Origin: Nitrosopumilus sp.
GTDB taxonomy: Archaea > Thermoproteota > Nitrososphaeria > Nitrososphaerales > Nitrosopumilaceae
Reading direction: 5' to 3'
NCBI GenBank assembly: GCA_965238275.1
Contig: OZ250186.1
Location: 352,001-416,000, forward strand
Length of the DNA stretch: 64,000 bases
The notes beneath the pieces were generated by a model, which worked only from the letters and a program-made list of their open reading frames with translations, was not told where the DNA came from and ran no database searches. Positions within the stretch are counted from its first letter, which is position 1, and every line of letters starts with the position of its first letter. Positions 38,783 to 49,363 of the stretch are shown here, one piece after another. The translations under genes were made by a program, and so were the position numbers.

Positions 38783-39454
38783 CTAGTGCCGCTTTGGAAG
38801 GAACGGTATCAGTGCCCTTGCAAACTCCATGATGTTCTTTGTCTGCATGTAGACTGTTCCGGGGCCCGTAATCTCCACTACCAGCGCCTCGCCTCCAAAC
38901 AGAGTGGTCTTGAGGTTACCGTGTTTTGCGACCCGGTAGTCTGCAGTGGCACTCATGGCCACCAGCTGGTAGTTGTCAACTATCATCTTCTCGCCCGGTG
39001 CCAGCTCCGTCTTGAAGATGCCGCCCCACGCGTTTACAAACATGTCTCCCCTTCCGAGGGTCTTCAGCATGAACAGGTTGCTTCCAAAGACGCCCTTGGT
39101 AAATCCCTGCCACTGCGTATCCAGCGTCAGATCCCCGACGGAACACACAAAGGCGCCCGACTGGACGATAAACTCCGAATCAACGGTAATAACCTCAATG
39201 TCCCCAAGCATGTTTCCGGTGAGGCCAAGCCTGCACCCGTCCTCCCGCGCAGTAAACTCGTTGACAAAGAACGACTGGCCTCCAAATGCAGCCACCTTCA
39301 GCGACTGAAAGAGGCCGCTCTTTCTTGTCCGGGTTTCAGTCTCTATGTTGCCCCGCATAAAGACCATTGCTGCCGCCTCTGCAGTTACCTTCTCCCCCCT
39401 GTCCATGGAGAACTGGATCATTCCGGTGGGGTTTTTTATGATATCATGCTTCAA
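38783..39454 (-). CDS. TIGR00266/AIM24-family protein
   Basis: AEAAAMV, GGQSFFVN, LFGGEALV, GPGTVYMQT. Confidence 0.85.
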   Translation of the reverse strand: MKHDIIKNPTGMIQFSMDRGEKVTAEAAAMVFMRGNIETETRTRKSGLFQSLKVAAFGGQSFFVNEFTAREDGCRLGLTGNMLGDIEVITVDSEFIVQSGAFVCSVGDLTLDTQWQGFTKGVFGSNLFMLKTLGRGDMFVNAWGGIFKTELAPGEKMIVDNYQLVAMSATADYRVAKHGNLKTTLFGGEALVVEITGPGTVYMQTKNIMEFARALIPFLPKRH

Positions 39455-39570
39455 TGATGCCGAATAAGATATGGGAAATTTAGATGTTGTTGTTGTTGTT
39501 TGAATCCGTCATGACATCGCCATCCTAGATGCGTCTCAGGTTTATAGATGACATGGTACCCCGCACAGGC

Positions 39571-40251
39571 ATGTCATCCAGGCTCAGGGAGATCAGGTCC
39601 CTTAACAGCAGGATTTTGGAGTGCAAAAGGTGCCCCCGGCTTGCATCGTACATCAGGGACGTTGCACACAACAAGGTAAGGCGGTTCAGGGACGAGGAGT
39701 ACCACGGAAGACCGCTGCCGGGATTCGGCGACGTCAACGCAAGACTGATGATAGTCGGGCTTGCGCCTGCAGCCCACGGGGGAAACAGGACGGGGAGAAT
39801 GTTCACCGGAGACTCGTCTGGCGACTGGCTTGCAAGGGCAATGCACATGCACGGGTTTGCGTCAATCCCGACCAGCCAGTCGCGTGATGACGGGCTGGTC
39901 CTCAAAAACGCATACGTCACTGCGGCGGTAAGATGCGCGCCTCCCCAGAACAAGCCCACGAGGGAGGAGACAGACACCTGCCTTTCGTATCTGGAGCAGG
40001 AAAGAAAGATTCTGGCCAGGGTCACCACCATCCTGTGCCTTGGAAGAATCGCCTACGAGGCAGTGTGCAGGATGTACGGGGTTAGGCCTGCAGGGTTTGG
40101 CCACAACAGACTCTTCAAGCACGAATCAATTCAGATTCTGACCTCGTATCATCCGTCAAGGCAGAACACGCAGACGGGACGGCTGAGCTGGGATGAGTGG
40201 TCGGCAGTCTTTGCAAGGGCAAAGACGCTGACAGAGTTACAACTTTTATGA
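39571..40251 (+). CDS. Uracil-DNA glycosylase (family 5, UdgB-like)
   Basis: CKRCPRL Fe-S motif, GLAPAAHGGNRTGRMFTGD, YHPSRQNT. Confidence 0.9.
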   Translation: MSSRLREIRSLNSRILECKRCPRLASYIRDVAHNKVRRFRDEEYHGRPLPGFGDVNARLMIVGLAPAAHGGNRTGRMFTGDSSGDWLARAMHMHGFASIPTSQSRDDGLVLKNAYVTAAVRCAPPQNKPTREETDTCLSYLEQERKILARVTTILCLGRIAYEAVCRMYGVRPAGFGHNRLFKHESIQILTSYHPSRQNTQTGRLSWDEWSAVFARAKTLTELQLL

Positions 40252-40255
40252 CAAG

Positions 40256-41842
40256 ATGGTTCCATTCCCAGACATGAGAATTCTGATAGCCATCATCATC
40301 CTGGCACTGTCGTTTATTCCCGCAGCATATGCCCAAGAGTATCCGGAGCTTGGGGTAGGGGTGGACGTGGTGGCCGAGAACCTGAGTGTTCCATGGAGCA
40401 TGGACTGGATGCCAGACGGCGCGATTTTATTTACAGAAAGGGAGGGGAGCCTCAGGTTAATCCAAGACGGAATACTTGTGCCAGAACCGCTGGTGTCGGT
40501 GGGGGACAGCAACGCAGAAGGCGGACTGCTTGGAGTCGCAGTCGATCCGGACTTTGAGGAGAACGGCTATGTCTATCTGTATTACACCTACAGCGATTTT
40601 CTCTCTACGGCAAACAAGGTGGTCCGCTACCAGTTTGTCAATGATGTACTCGCCGAGGACACGGTACTGGTTGAGGGAATTCCAGGCGGATGGTTCCACA
40701 ACGGCGGAAGGATCCAGTTCGGACCGGACGGAGCACTCTACATCACCACAGGGGATGCGGGGGATGCAGGCACGGCGCAGAATCCGGATTCCCTGGCAGG
40801 AAAGATTCTCAGAATAAATTCTGACGGGACGATACCAGAGGACAACCCTTACGACGGCTCCCCGGTATGGTCCATCGGACACAGGAACCCCCAGGGGATG
40901 GACTGGGATGAGTCCGGCAACATGGTCGCAACAGAGCACGGGCCGTCAGGGTGGAGGGGGGTTGCCCATGACGAGGTCAACGTCATAATACCTGGGACAA
41001 ACTACGGCTGGCCTGACACAGTGGGGGACGAATCAGCAGACGGCCTGCAGGAGCCCATACTGCATACGGGGAATGACACGTGGGCACCGTCGGGTGCTGA
41101 ATTTTATGACGGGGACCAAATCCCGGAATGGGCAGGCAAATACTTTGTCGCGACCCTCCGCGGAAATCATCTGCACATGATTGACTTTGATCTGGAAAAC
41201 AACAGGGTGGTCTCCCACGAGAAACTCTTTCAGGGAGAATTTGGAAGGATCCGGGACGTGCAGACCGGGCCTGACGGATTTCTGTACCTTCTGACAAGCA
41301 ACCGCGACGGCAGGGGAGCCCCCGAACACAACGACGACCGCATCCTTCGGATCACCCCGATTCCCGGAGACGAACCATCCCCTGCAGAGGCCAGGCAGCA
41401 CCTAGAGTACGAGTATGACGGGGAACAGCTGAGCGCAATGGTGTCGTACACGGGATACGAGGTATCGCCGATCAGGTTTGACTTGGATTCAAAGAGTGTC
41501 AGTTTTGATTTTGTAAGGATTGACGGGGGAGCAGTCCAAGACCGTATCGAGCTGCTGATTGAAAGGCCCCTGATCTCGCCGCCATACGCCATACAGATAG
41601 AGTCAGAAAACGGCACCGTGTGGCATCAGGATGATCCTGACATAACGATTACGGAGGATAATTTTTACAGATACGAGCCGGTGCCGGACCAGGCTGCAAA
41701 GGCAGGGACCGTGACGGTGACCGGAACGTACGTGATTCCGGAGTTTGGGGCCGTCATGCTGCTGGCGGCGGTCCTGGCAGCGGGCTTGATTCCGGCAGTA
41801 CTCTGGTCAAGATTCCGGCCGGGACTGCTGGTCCGGGGATAG
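40256..41842 (+). CDS. PQQ-dependent glucose/sorbosone dehydrogenase-family protein with PEFG-CTERM anchor
   Basis: Signal peptide, HNGGRIQFGPDG, GKILRI, GHRNPQG, NYGWP, C-terminal VIPEFG + TM helix. Confidence 0.9.
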   Translation: MVPFPDMRILIAIIILALSFIPAAYAQEYPELGVGVDVVAENLSVPWSMDWMPDGAILFTEREGSLRLIQDGILVPEPLVSVGDSNAEGGLLGVAVDPDFEENGYVYLYYTYSDFLSTANKVVRYQFVNDVLAEDTVLVEGIPGGWFHNGGRIQFGPDGALYITTGDAGDAGTAQNPDSLAGKILRINSDGTIPEDNPYDGSPVWSIGHRNPQGMDWDESGNMVATEHGPSGWRGVAHDEVNVIIPGTNYGWPDTVGDESADGLQEPILHTGNDTWAPSGAEFYDGDQIPEWAGKYFVATLRGNHLHMIDFDLENNRVVSHEKLFQGEFGRIRDVQTGPDGFLYLLTSNRDGRGAPEHNDDRILRITPIPGDEPSPAEARQHLEYEYDGEQLSAMVSYTGYEVSPIRFDLDSKSVSFDFVRIDGGAVQDRIELLIERPLISPPYAIQIESENGTVWHQDDPDITITEDNFYRYEPVPDQAAKAGTVTVTGTYVIPEFGAVMLLAAVLAAGLIPAVLWSRFRPGLLVRG

Positions 41843-41886
41843 GCATTTCCCGGAGCCGCATGCAAACATACGATGACATGACACGT

Positions 41887-42435
41887 TCAGGGCAGCAGTG
41901 AAATCTCAGCAGAGCCAAGACCGATTGCCTCGCCAAAGTAGTATCCGGCCAGGATGGTTCCGGCGGCCCAGACACACGAGCCTGAAAATGTGTAGAGCAC
42001 AAACTTTGGCATCCTCATCCTGAGCAGTCCTGCAGGAATGGAGATCATCTCCCTCATTACAGGAACCATCCTTCCCAGAAAGACGGCCTTGTCACCATGC
42101 CTTTCAAACCATGCCTCCACACGCTGCAACTTTGCATCAGACACCCTGAAACGGCCCAGATATCTAAGCATGACTGCCCGTCCGAGCTTCAGGGATACAA
42201 GATAGATGATAAAGCTGCCAAGGGTGGAGCCCATCGCACCAAGAAGAATCATCAGGGCAACCCCGGCAAGCGGAACCCCGCTCTGCGATGCCAGAAATCC
42301 GGCAGTTGGAAAGACTGCAAGCGTGGGTATTGGCGGAACCACGGTCTCAAGAAGGGCCGCCAGAAAGGTTCCCTCGTAGAGATGCTCTCCGAGAAATGTT
42401 GAGATCCATGCCAGAAACGAGTCAAATGCCTCCAT
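41887..42435 (-). CDS. DedA-family membrane protein
   Basis: LETVVPPIP, WFERHG, GRMVPVMREMISIPAG. Confidence 0.88.
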   Translation of the reverse strand: MEAFDSFLAWISTFLGEHLYEGTFLAALLETVVPPIPTLAVFPTAGFLASQSGVPLAGVALMILLGAMGSTLGSFIIYLVSLKLGRAVMLRYLGRFRVSDAKLQRVEAWFERHGDKAVFLGRMVPVMREMISIPAGLLRMRMPKFVLYTFSGSCVWAAGTILAGYYFGEAIGLGSAEISLLP

Positions 42436-42634
42436 TGGGTTCTGACAACGGAATCGTCCTAAATTTCTTGCCAGCAGGCACCGGACGGTCCGCATCAGGG
42501 TACAGGGAATCGGAGACAACAGGGAATCCTGAATCTGCCGGTACTGCCGCAACCGCAGGACGGCCGCATTTTGAATTTTCAGGGAGTCCGGGATTGGGTA
42601 AAATATACTAATAGGGTCAAGGGTACAAATCCGT

Positions 42635-43354
42635 ATGAACAAATCATGGGCAATTATCGCAGTAGCGGTGATAGTTGGAGCAATTGCAACATATGCAGTG
42701 GCGCCCTACTTTACCGAATCAACTGTGGATGAGGCACTGCCTGAAGGAGCCATCATTCCAAAGCCAACCGAGACGGAGATGATGGACAAAGACGAGATGA
42801 CGATGGATGACTCAAAGACGATGGATGACGCAGACAAGGTGGAGATGATAGACCTGAGTGAGATGAGCATGGATGATCTGAAGGCCATAAGCGAAGAAAA
42901 GGGAATAGGCATTGAGGAGCTGGAGGCATTGAGCGTGCCAGACGACACCAAGGACGAGGCCACCATGAGCGACCTGGAAGTGGAAGGTATGACAGAAACG
43001 CAGATGGCCGAGATGGAGATGGCAGCTGCCACGCATTATGCAGGAATGTTCGTAGGGGTCAACGACGGAATCCACAATGCCAACGGCGACGCGTATGCAA
43101 TACCGCTAGAAGACGGAAGCACCATACTGAGGCTGGAGAATTTTGCAGCCACCAACGGACCTGACCTGCACATCTACCTGGCAACGGACAAGAGGGCCAC
43201 AGACTATATCGATCTGGGAAAGCTCAAGGCAAATAAGGGAAACCAGAACTATGGCATACCCGAAGGCACCGATCTTGAGACATACAGCAACGTCCTGATC
43301 TGGTGCGAGCCGTTCAGGGTTCTGTTCGGAAGCGCCGAATTGTCACCCCAGTAA
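42635..43354 (+). CDS. DM13-domain protein
   Basis: N-terminal anchor, Met/Asp-rich linker, LRLENF..TNGPDLHIYL...LGKLKANKGNQNY...IWCEPF. Confidence 0.85.
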   Translation: MNKSWAIIAVAVIVGAIATYAVAPYFTESTVDEALPEGAIIPKPTETEMMDKDEMTMDDSKTMDDADKVEMIDLSEMSMDDLKAISEEKGIGIEELEALSVPDDTKDEATMSDLEVEGMTETQMAEMEMAAATHYAGMFVGVNDGIHNANGDAYAIPLEDGSTILRLENFAATNGPDLHIYLATDKRATDYIDLGKLKANKGNQNYGIPEGTDLETYSNVLIWCEPFRVLFGSAELSPQ

Positions 43355-43441
43355 TGGGCACCAAGTGTTTTTTATTATTCAAACAAACCACGGGAAATTC
43401 CCGGCAACCTTGCGTGAATCGATCATGTCAGAAGCCGTGGG

Positions 43442-43834
43442 TTGCCTGCCGCAAACACAGGTGCTACGTCATGTTCTATGGGTCATATCACAATGCTCTT
43501 TACAGATTGGATGGAAAGGATGCCATGTCGTCACCCCAAACTGTGGTTTGCCACCCTTGCGATTACCGGCATCATATCCTCCAACATAGTGGTTGGCATA
43601 CTCTACAACCTTCCGTTGGCCGGAGCAGGGTGTATCAATCTGGCGGCAGCCACTGTTATGGGGACAGTCTTTGTGGCAACTGTGATAATCATGCGCAGGA
43701 AGGGCATGCTGAGGTGGTGGCATGTCGCGCTGGTGGTGGCAGTCGGAGCGGCACTGTTTCCCGGCCAAGCCCCGTCCATCGGATGGCTGTGCATCACGGG
43801 GCCTTATGCCCCGCCAGGGATCCTGCTCGATTGA
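43442..43834 (+). CDS. Hypothetical membrane protein
   Basis: Three hydrophobic segments; start uncertain. Confidence 0.4.
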   Translation: MPAANTGATSCSMGHITMLFTDWMERMPCRHPKLWFATLAITGIISSNIVVGILYNLPLAGAGCINLAAATVMGTVFVATVIIMRRKGMLRWWHVALVVAVGAALFPGQAPSIGWLCITGPYAPPGILLD

Positions 43835-44005
43835 TGTCTCTCCCTCCCCCACCGTCATGGGCATAACCTGCACGGGTGCCAGATACAGAATCAGAAGCTT
43901 GCACCAAACAGTGCATGCCCTGACATGTTCCCACCAAGGCAAGCTGATAACACCATTAGACCTGTTTTTTTTATTTTAATTCCCCCATGGGGCATCCCTG
44001 GACAC

Positions 44006-44966
44006 TCAGGCTGTCTCATGCGGCCTTACAAAGACCTTCATGGCATCAGGCCGCCTTGCGTGTTCTACTGCCTCGGAGAATCTCTCCAGCGGAAAGGTGG
44101 AATCAATCACGGACTCGACGGATATTATTCCGGATGCAAGCGCCTCGATTGCAGGCCTGAACAGGCCGCATCTGGAGCCTACGATAGTCACCTCGTTTAT
44201 CATGGCAGGGGTAAGATCCGGATTCCCCCTTGATGCGACGGTGGACTTTAGTATTATGGTACCCCTTGGCCGTACGAGTCTCATGGTGTCGGCAAACCCG
44301 GAGTTGCTCCCGGAGGACTCCACCGCCAGATCATACTGCTGTTCATCAGGGGAGTCTATCCCGATCTTGGTCGTTATTCCGAATTTTTCCAGCCGGGCAA
44401 GCTTGCTTTTGTGCCTTCCAAAGCACGAGACGTGCGGGCAGGCAAGCCTGAGGACTTGGGAGATCAGATGTGCAAGCCTGCCATCGCCTATTACTGCAAC
44501 ATTCCATTCGGGTTTCAGGCGGATCTGCTCTGTAATCTCAAATGCTGCAGCCAGCGGCTCTACAAATACTGCCTGCTCGTCACTTATCGAGTCGGGGATG
44601 GGGTACAGGTTCCTTTCAGGGAGTGAGAGGAGTTCTGCAAAGGCACCGTCCCGCCCCAGTATTCCAAGGGCTGTCCTGTCAGGACAGTGCCTTGCCATTC
44701 CCCGGGCACAGTACCCACATGTATCGCATCCGGCATTAATCTCGCCTACAACCCTCCTTCCGATCATCTCAGGATTCTCAGATTTCAGGACTGTTCCTAA
44801 ACTCATGGCCCATAATGCCTCGGTATCCCATGTAGCCGTCAAGAATCTCTAGGTCGGTTCCGCAGATTCCTGCCAGATCGACCCTGACAAGTGACTCTCC
44901 GGGTTTTGGATCCGGATAGTTCTCATCCATGACTGCATGCCTCCCATCAAAGCAGATGGCTCTCAT
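44006..44966 (-). pseudogene. Zinc-dependent alcohol dehydrogenase (MDR family), frameshifted near 44799
   Basis: The N-terminal part (GICGTD...GHEF) and the remainder (GTVLKS...CxxCxxC...EPLAAA) are in different frames. Adding 2 nt restores GHEFVGTV. Confidence 0.8.
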
Positions 44967-45054
44967 GGTACGGCTGTATTCATGCCGGGTTTTAAAATAA
45001 CTGATTTGGGACGGACATTGCCACACACATGCATGATGCCATATTAATAATCGA

Positions 45055-45495
45055 ATGGATTTCAGAGACCAAATGAGTTACCGGTTTTTGGATCATGCAA
45101 CGGATGCAATCGTTGAGGTGGACGCAAAGGATCTCAAGGAGGCCTTTGCAGTAGCTGCCCGTGCAGTCATAGACTTGACCATTGACCAGGATACGGTGGT
45201 AGAGAAGGGCCAAAGGCAGTTTTCGGCAGCCGGCAAGGATCTGCACTATCTTCTGTTCAGCTGGCTTGAGGAGATCGTGTTTGTGCTTATTACGGAGGGG
45301 TTTGCAATAGCCAGGCTGGAGTTTGACCTGAAAGAGGGGACGGATGGCAACCACAGGATACACGCAAGGGCGTACGGCGAACCGCTTGACCTCCGCAGGC
45401 ACAACTTCAAAGTGGAGATAAAGGCACCCACGTTTTACGACATGCAGATCAGCGAGAATGACGGGATCCGCATGAGATTCCTGCTTGACTTGTAA
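45055..45495 (+). CDS. Archease
   Basis: FLDHATD, EIKAPTFY, C-terminal LDL. Confidence 0.92.
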   Translation: MDFRDQMSYRFLDHATDAIVEVDAKDLKEAFAVAARAVIDLTIDQDTVVEKGQRQFSAAGKDLHYLLFSWLEEIVFVLITEGFAIARLEFDLKEGTDGNHRIHARAYGEPLDLRRHNFKVEIKAPTFYDMQISENDGIRMRFLLDL

Positions 45496-45563
45496 ATAAT
45501 TATTAGCAATGTAATGGAACAAAATACACATCTTTTTTAAAAGTCAGATAATACAGAACTAGT

Positions 45564-47087
45564 ATGATGCAGACGATGGCAGTAATTGCAGTCATTTCGC
45601 TGGTAGTTATTGCGATCATCCCTGCATATGCACAGGTTACCTCACCTGCACCGTTTGTCGACTCGGCAGAGGATCCCCAGTACTACGTGGACAGGTACAA
45701 CAACGAGCCAAGCTACAAGGCGTGGTTTGACGAGAACTATTCAGAGTACACCTCAATATACCAGGCAGTGGGACTAGATGAGCCCAAGGGGTTGGCACCG
45801 TTTGTAGACCCCGCAGAGGATCCCCAGGGCTACGTGGACAGGTACAACAACGAGCCAAGCTACAAGGCGTGGTTTGACGAGAACTATTCAGAGTACACCT
45901 CAATATACCAGGCAGTGGGACTAGATGAGCCCGGGGTAAGCCAGGATACACCAGATGATTCCCAGAGAACCTCAGATGATTCCCAGAGAACCTCAGATGA
46001 TTCCCAGAGAACCTCAGATGGGGGCCCTGTGATTCCTGCTCCGTTTGTTGATGAAACAAGGGATCCTCAGAGCTACGTGAATAGGTACAACGACGAGCCA
46101 AGCTACAAGGAGTGGTTTGACAAGACACATTCAGAGTACATCTCAATATATCAGGCAGTGGGACTAGATGAGCCCAGAGATGTGGCATCGTTTGTAGACC
46201 CCGCAGAGGATCCCCAGTACTACATAGACAGGTACAACAACGAGCCAGACTACAAGGAGTGGTTTGACAGGACGTATCCTGACATTACAATCCATGAGGC
46301 AGTGGGTGTTGATCCACCCAAGGAGTTGGCACCGTTTGTAGACCCCGCAGAGGATCCCCAGTACTATGTGGACAGGTACAACAACGAGCCAGACTACAAG
46401 GAGTGGTTTGACAGGACGTATCCTGACATTACAATCCAGGATGCAGTAGGCGTTGATCCACCCAAGGAGTTGGCACCGTTTGTAGACCCCGCAGAGGATC
46501 CCCAGTACTACATAGACAGGTACAACAACGAGCCAGACTACAAGGAGTGGTTTGACAGGACGTATCCTGACATTACAATCTATGATGCAGTAGGCCTTGA
46601 TGAGCCAGGAACAGAAGTGCCGGAGAAGGTATCAGAGGGATGCGGTGATGGGACGGAACTTGTAGATGGCCAATGCGTGGCCATACCCGGTAACGGTGGC
46701 GGATGCCTGATTGCGACAGCAGCATACGGATCCGAGATGGCGCCACAGGTCCAGGTTCTCAGGGAGGTTCGTGACGGCCAGCTGATGGATACCGCGTCAG
46801 GTGCATCATTCATGACAGGGTTCAACCAAATATACTATTCATTCTCGCCATCCGTTGCAGACTATCAGAGGGAGAATCCTGCATTCAGGGAGATAGTCAG
46901 AGTCGGAATAACCCCGCTGCTGTCAACGCTGTCAATCATGGAACACGCAGATACCGAGGCAGAGATCCTGGGGTATGGAATTGGCGTGATCCTGCTTAAC
47001 CTTGGAATATACGTTGCAGCACCGGCAATCCTGCTGTTCTTCGGTATAAGAAGGGCCGGACGAACCCTTGTCAAGACTGCAAGATAG
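45564..47087 (+). CDS. Secreted/surface protein with six ~48-aa repeats and a CFI-box-CTERM-like domain
   Basis: Signal peptide; 6x APFVDxxxDPQxYxDRYNNEPxYKxWFD...AVG; (S/P)DDSQRT x3; GGGCLIATAAYGSEMAPQVQ...; C-terminal TM helix. Confidence 0.88.
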   Translation: MMQTMAVIAVISLVVIAIIPAYAQVTSPAPFVDSAEDPQYYVDRYNNEPSYKAWFDENYSEYTSIYQAVGLDEPKGLAPFVDPAEDPQGYVDRYNNEPSYKAWFDENYSEYTSIYQAVGLDEPGVSQDTPDDSQRTSDDSQRTSDDSQRTSDGGPVIPAPFVDETRDPQSYVNRYNDEPSYKEWFDKTHSEYISIYQAVGLDEPRDVASFVDPAEDPQYYIDRYNNEPDYKEWFDRTYPDITIHEAVGVDPPKELAPFVDPAEDPQYYVDRYNNEPDYKEWFDRTYPDITIQDAVGVDPPKELAPFVDPAEDPQYYIDRYNNEPDYKEWFDRTYPDITIYDAVGLDEPGTEVPEKVSEGCGDGTELVDGQCVAIPGNGGGCLIATAAYGSEMAPQVQVLREVRDGQLMDTASGASFMTGFNQIYYSFSPSVADYQRENPAFREIVRVGITPLLSTLSIMEHADTEAEILGYGIGVILLNLGIYVAAPAILLFFGIRRAGRTLVKTAR

Positions 47088-47125
47088 CACCATCCTGTTT
47101 TCAAATAGATTTTTTAGTAGAGCCG

Positions 47126-47542
47126 ATGCCAGTACGCCTGTTGTCCGAAGATCCAGAGATAGAGAGGATAAAGCAGAGAAGACTTGAAGAGATGCTGAGG
47201 CAGCAGGACAGGCCGCCAGTGGAATCCGGAATAACAGACCTGAACGACTCCAACTTTGACCAGACAATATCAGCAGAGAACCCCACACTGGTGGACTTTT
47301 GGGCAGAGTGGTGCGGGCCGTGCAAGATGATGCATCCCGTCTTTGAGAGCCTGGACAGAAAGTATCCGAAGGTAAGGTTTGCAAGGGTGAACGTGGATGC
47401 GAGCCAGGGAATCGCCATGAGGTTTGGCGTCCAATCCATTCCGACATTCATCATGTTCAGGTCGGGGCGCATAGTGGACAAGATGATGGGCGCAGTGGGT
47501 GCCCCGGGAATTCACATGATCTGCAAAAAGCACTCCGGCTGA
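47126..47542 (+). CDS. trxA: Thioredoxin
   Basis: WCGPC. Confidence 0.92.
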   Translation: MPVRLLSEDPEIERIKQRRLEEMLRQQDRPPVESGITDLNDSNFDQTISAENPTLVDFWAEWCGPCKMMHPVFESLDRKYPKVRFARVNVDASQGIAMRFGVQSIPTFIMFRSGRIVDKMMGAVGAPGIHMICKKHSG

Positions 47543-47575
47543 CCCGCCGGATCCTGCCGCAGAATATGCCTGTCT

Positions 47576-49357
47576 TTAGTATGCGTATGCAGCGTCCCGC
47601 GACCGCTGAATCTCTACAATCGTGTTTAGCGTCTTTTGCTCTTCGGGGTTCAGCCTGTGCATGTACCTGGCAAGGAGCATCTTGGCCTCGTGTGAGCGAG
47701 GCAGGGTATAGTATGTGTCATCCTCAAAGAGATGTCTGCCGATTACGGCATTCTGGACAGAGCATGCAACCTCGTCGCCCTTTCTTGCCGAATCCACAGT
47801 CTTGCCGTCCAGCTGAAGCTGGTGGACGGTTCCTACCATTCTGCCGCGTTTGTCCATGAACGAGACCTTCTGCCGCAGCACCCCGGTATCTATGGTTATT
47901 CCAAAGACTGCAGGGCTGCTGTTTCTAAAGACGAATCCCTTCATGAACGTAAACTGCGAGATCGGCGTGAGTTCTGCAAATATGGCGTCGTCCTCGTGTG
48001 CAGTGTCCTCCTCTACCCACGCGTTGTAGCCGTCAACCAGGCTGTAGATTATCCTGTCCTCAAATATTCTGATGTGGGACTCCTCTGATGCCTCCCTTGC
48101 ATCGGGCAGGACGCGCACGTTGAATGCCAGGACCACCCCCAGATGCCGGTCCTTCTCCTTGACGGTTCCTGCATCCACGACGTCGCGGCGGTTTACGGAG
48201 CCGATATCGGCCTTTGCAATGGGGACCTGCGAGCGCCTGAGCATCTCGACTACGGCCTCAAGGGAGCCGATCGTATCGCACTTGACCACCACCCCATTGC
48301 TCATGGTGTCGACAAATACGGTGCTCATCTCAGACTCGATCAGTTTAGTATATCTTTTGATGTCGTTCTGGTCTGATGCGACATAAAGCGTGCTGCCCGG
48401 GAGGACCCCCTCCAGGTCCGGCGATGCTATCTTGAGGCAGGCGGCAGCGCCCACCTCGGACACCGACATGAACTTGTCCCTCGGATCCCGCATCTCGTCA
48501 AGCGGCTTTGGCAGGAGCAGCGCCTTTGGCTTTGCCACCACCACCGAATCCCTCCTTGCCACCACGATCCTGTCCTCCTTTCGTATGGTTCCGTCAACCA
48601 GAATTATGTTGGCAGTCTGTCCGAGGCCCGTCTCGTCATTTACCTCAAGGACTATTCCGCGCGGATCCTTCTTTTCCTGGTCCAGCCGCTTCTGCAGGTA
48701 CTGCTGGGTCAGCCCCACAAGCACGCTGAGAAGTTCCGGGATGCCGACATCAGAGCGAGCCGAGATCGGCACGATTGCGACCTCTGACTTGAAGTCCTTG
48801 ACCCGGTAGAACACCTCGGACTTGTAGCCCAGTATGGACAGGGTCCCCACCACGTCATAGAGCTTTTGTTCAAGATCCGTCTGGACTGACGCGTCCTGCT
48901 CCTTTATTGCCTGTGAGATGAACCGGGACTCTGACTTTCGCCATCCGGAGATCTGATCGCACTTGTTCAGGGCCACCACAAACGGAACCTTCCTGCTCTG
49001 GAGTATCCTCAGGCTTTCGTTTGTCTGAGGCTGGAACCCGCGGTTGACATCGACTACCAATATCGCAATGTCAGCAGCCGAGCCGCCCCGTGACCGGAGG
49101 TTTGTAAAGACCTCGTGGCCGGGAGTGTCAATTACCAGTATTCCGGGAATCCTGTTGCCTGCGTGCTCCAGCCTTTCGTACAGGCGGCCGCACGTATCCC
49201 GGATGGTATCAACGGGAAGAAAGCTTGCGCCTATGTGCTGTGTGATGCCGCCTGCCTCCCGTCCCTGGACGCCCGTTCCGCGAATCCGGTCCAGAAGGGA
49301 TGTCTTGCCAGAGTCTACATGACCTAGAACTGCCACTATTGGCTGTCTGATGTGCAA
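47576..49357 (-). CDS. infB: Translation initiation factor aIF5B (IF-2)
   Basis: GHVDSGKT, GGITQHIGA, DTPGHE, NKCD. Confidence 0.96.
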   Translation of the reverse strand: MHIRQPIVAVLGHVDSGKTSLLDRIRGTGVQGREAGGITQHIGASFLPVDTIRDTCGRLYERLEHAGNRIPGILVIDTPGHEVFTNLRSRGGSAADIAILVVDVNRGFQPQTNESLRILQSRKVPFVVALNKCDQISGWRKSESRFISQAIKEQDASVQTDLEQKLYDVVGTLSILGYKSEVFYRVKDFKSEVAIVPISARSDVGIPELLSVLVGLTQQYLQKRLDQEKKDPRGIVLEVNDETGLGQTANIILVDGTIRKEDRIVVARRDSVVVAKPKALLLPKPLDEMRDPRDKFMSVSEVGAAACLKIASPDLEGVLPGSTLYVASDQNDIKRYTKLIESEMSTVFVDTMSNGVVVKCDTIGSLEAVVEMLRRSQVPIAKADIGSVNRRDVVDAGTVKEKDRHLGVVLAFNVRVLPDAREASEESHIRIFEDRIIYSLVDGYNAWVEEDTAHEDDAIFAELTPISQFTFMKGFVFRNSSPAVFGITIDTGVLRQKVSFMDKRGRMVGTVHQLQLDGKTVDSARKGDEVACSVQNAVIGRHLFEDDTYYTLPRSHEAKMLLARYMHRLNPEEQKTLNTIVEIQRSRDAAYAY

Positions 49358-49363
49358 GACAGA

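Noticed and set aside
45640-46610. Regularly spaced DNA repeats resembling a CRISPR or DGR template/variable pair
   Set aside because: In-frame protein repeats of 144-147 bp; differences are not adenine-specific and there is no reverse transcriptase.
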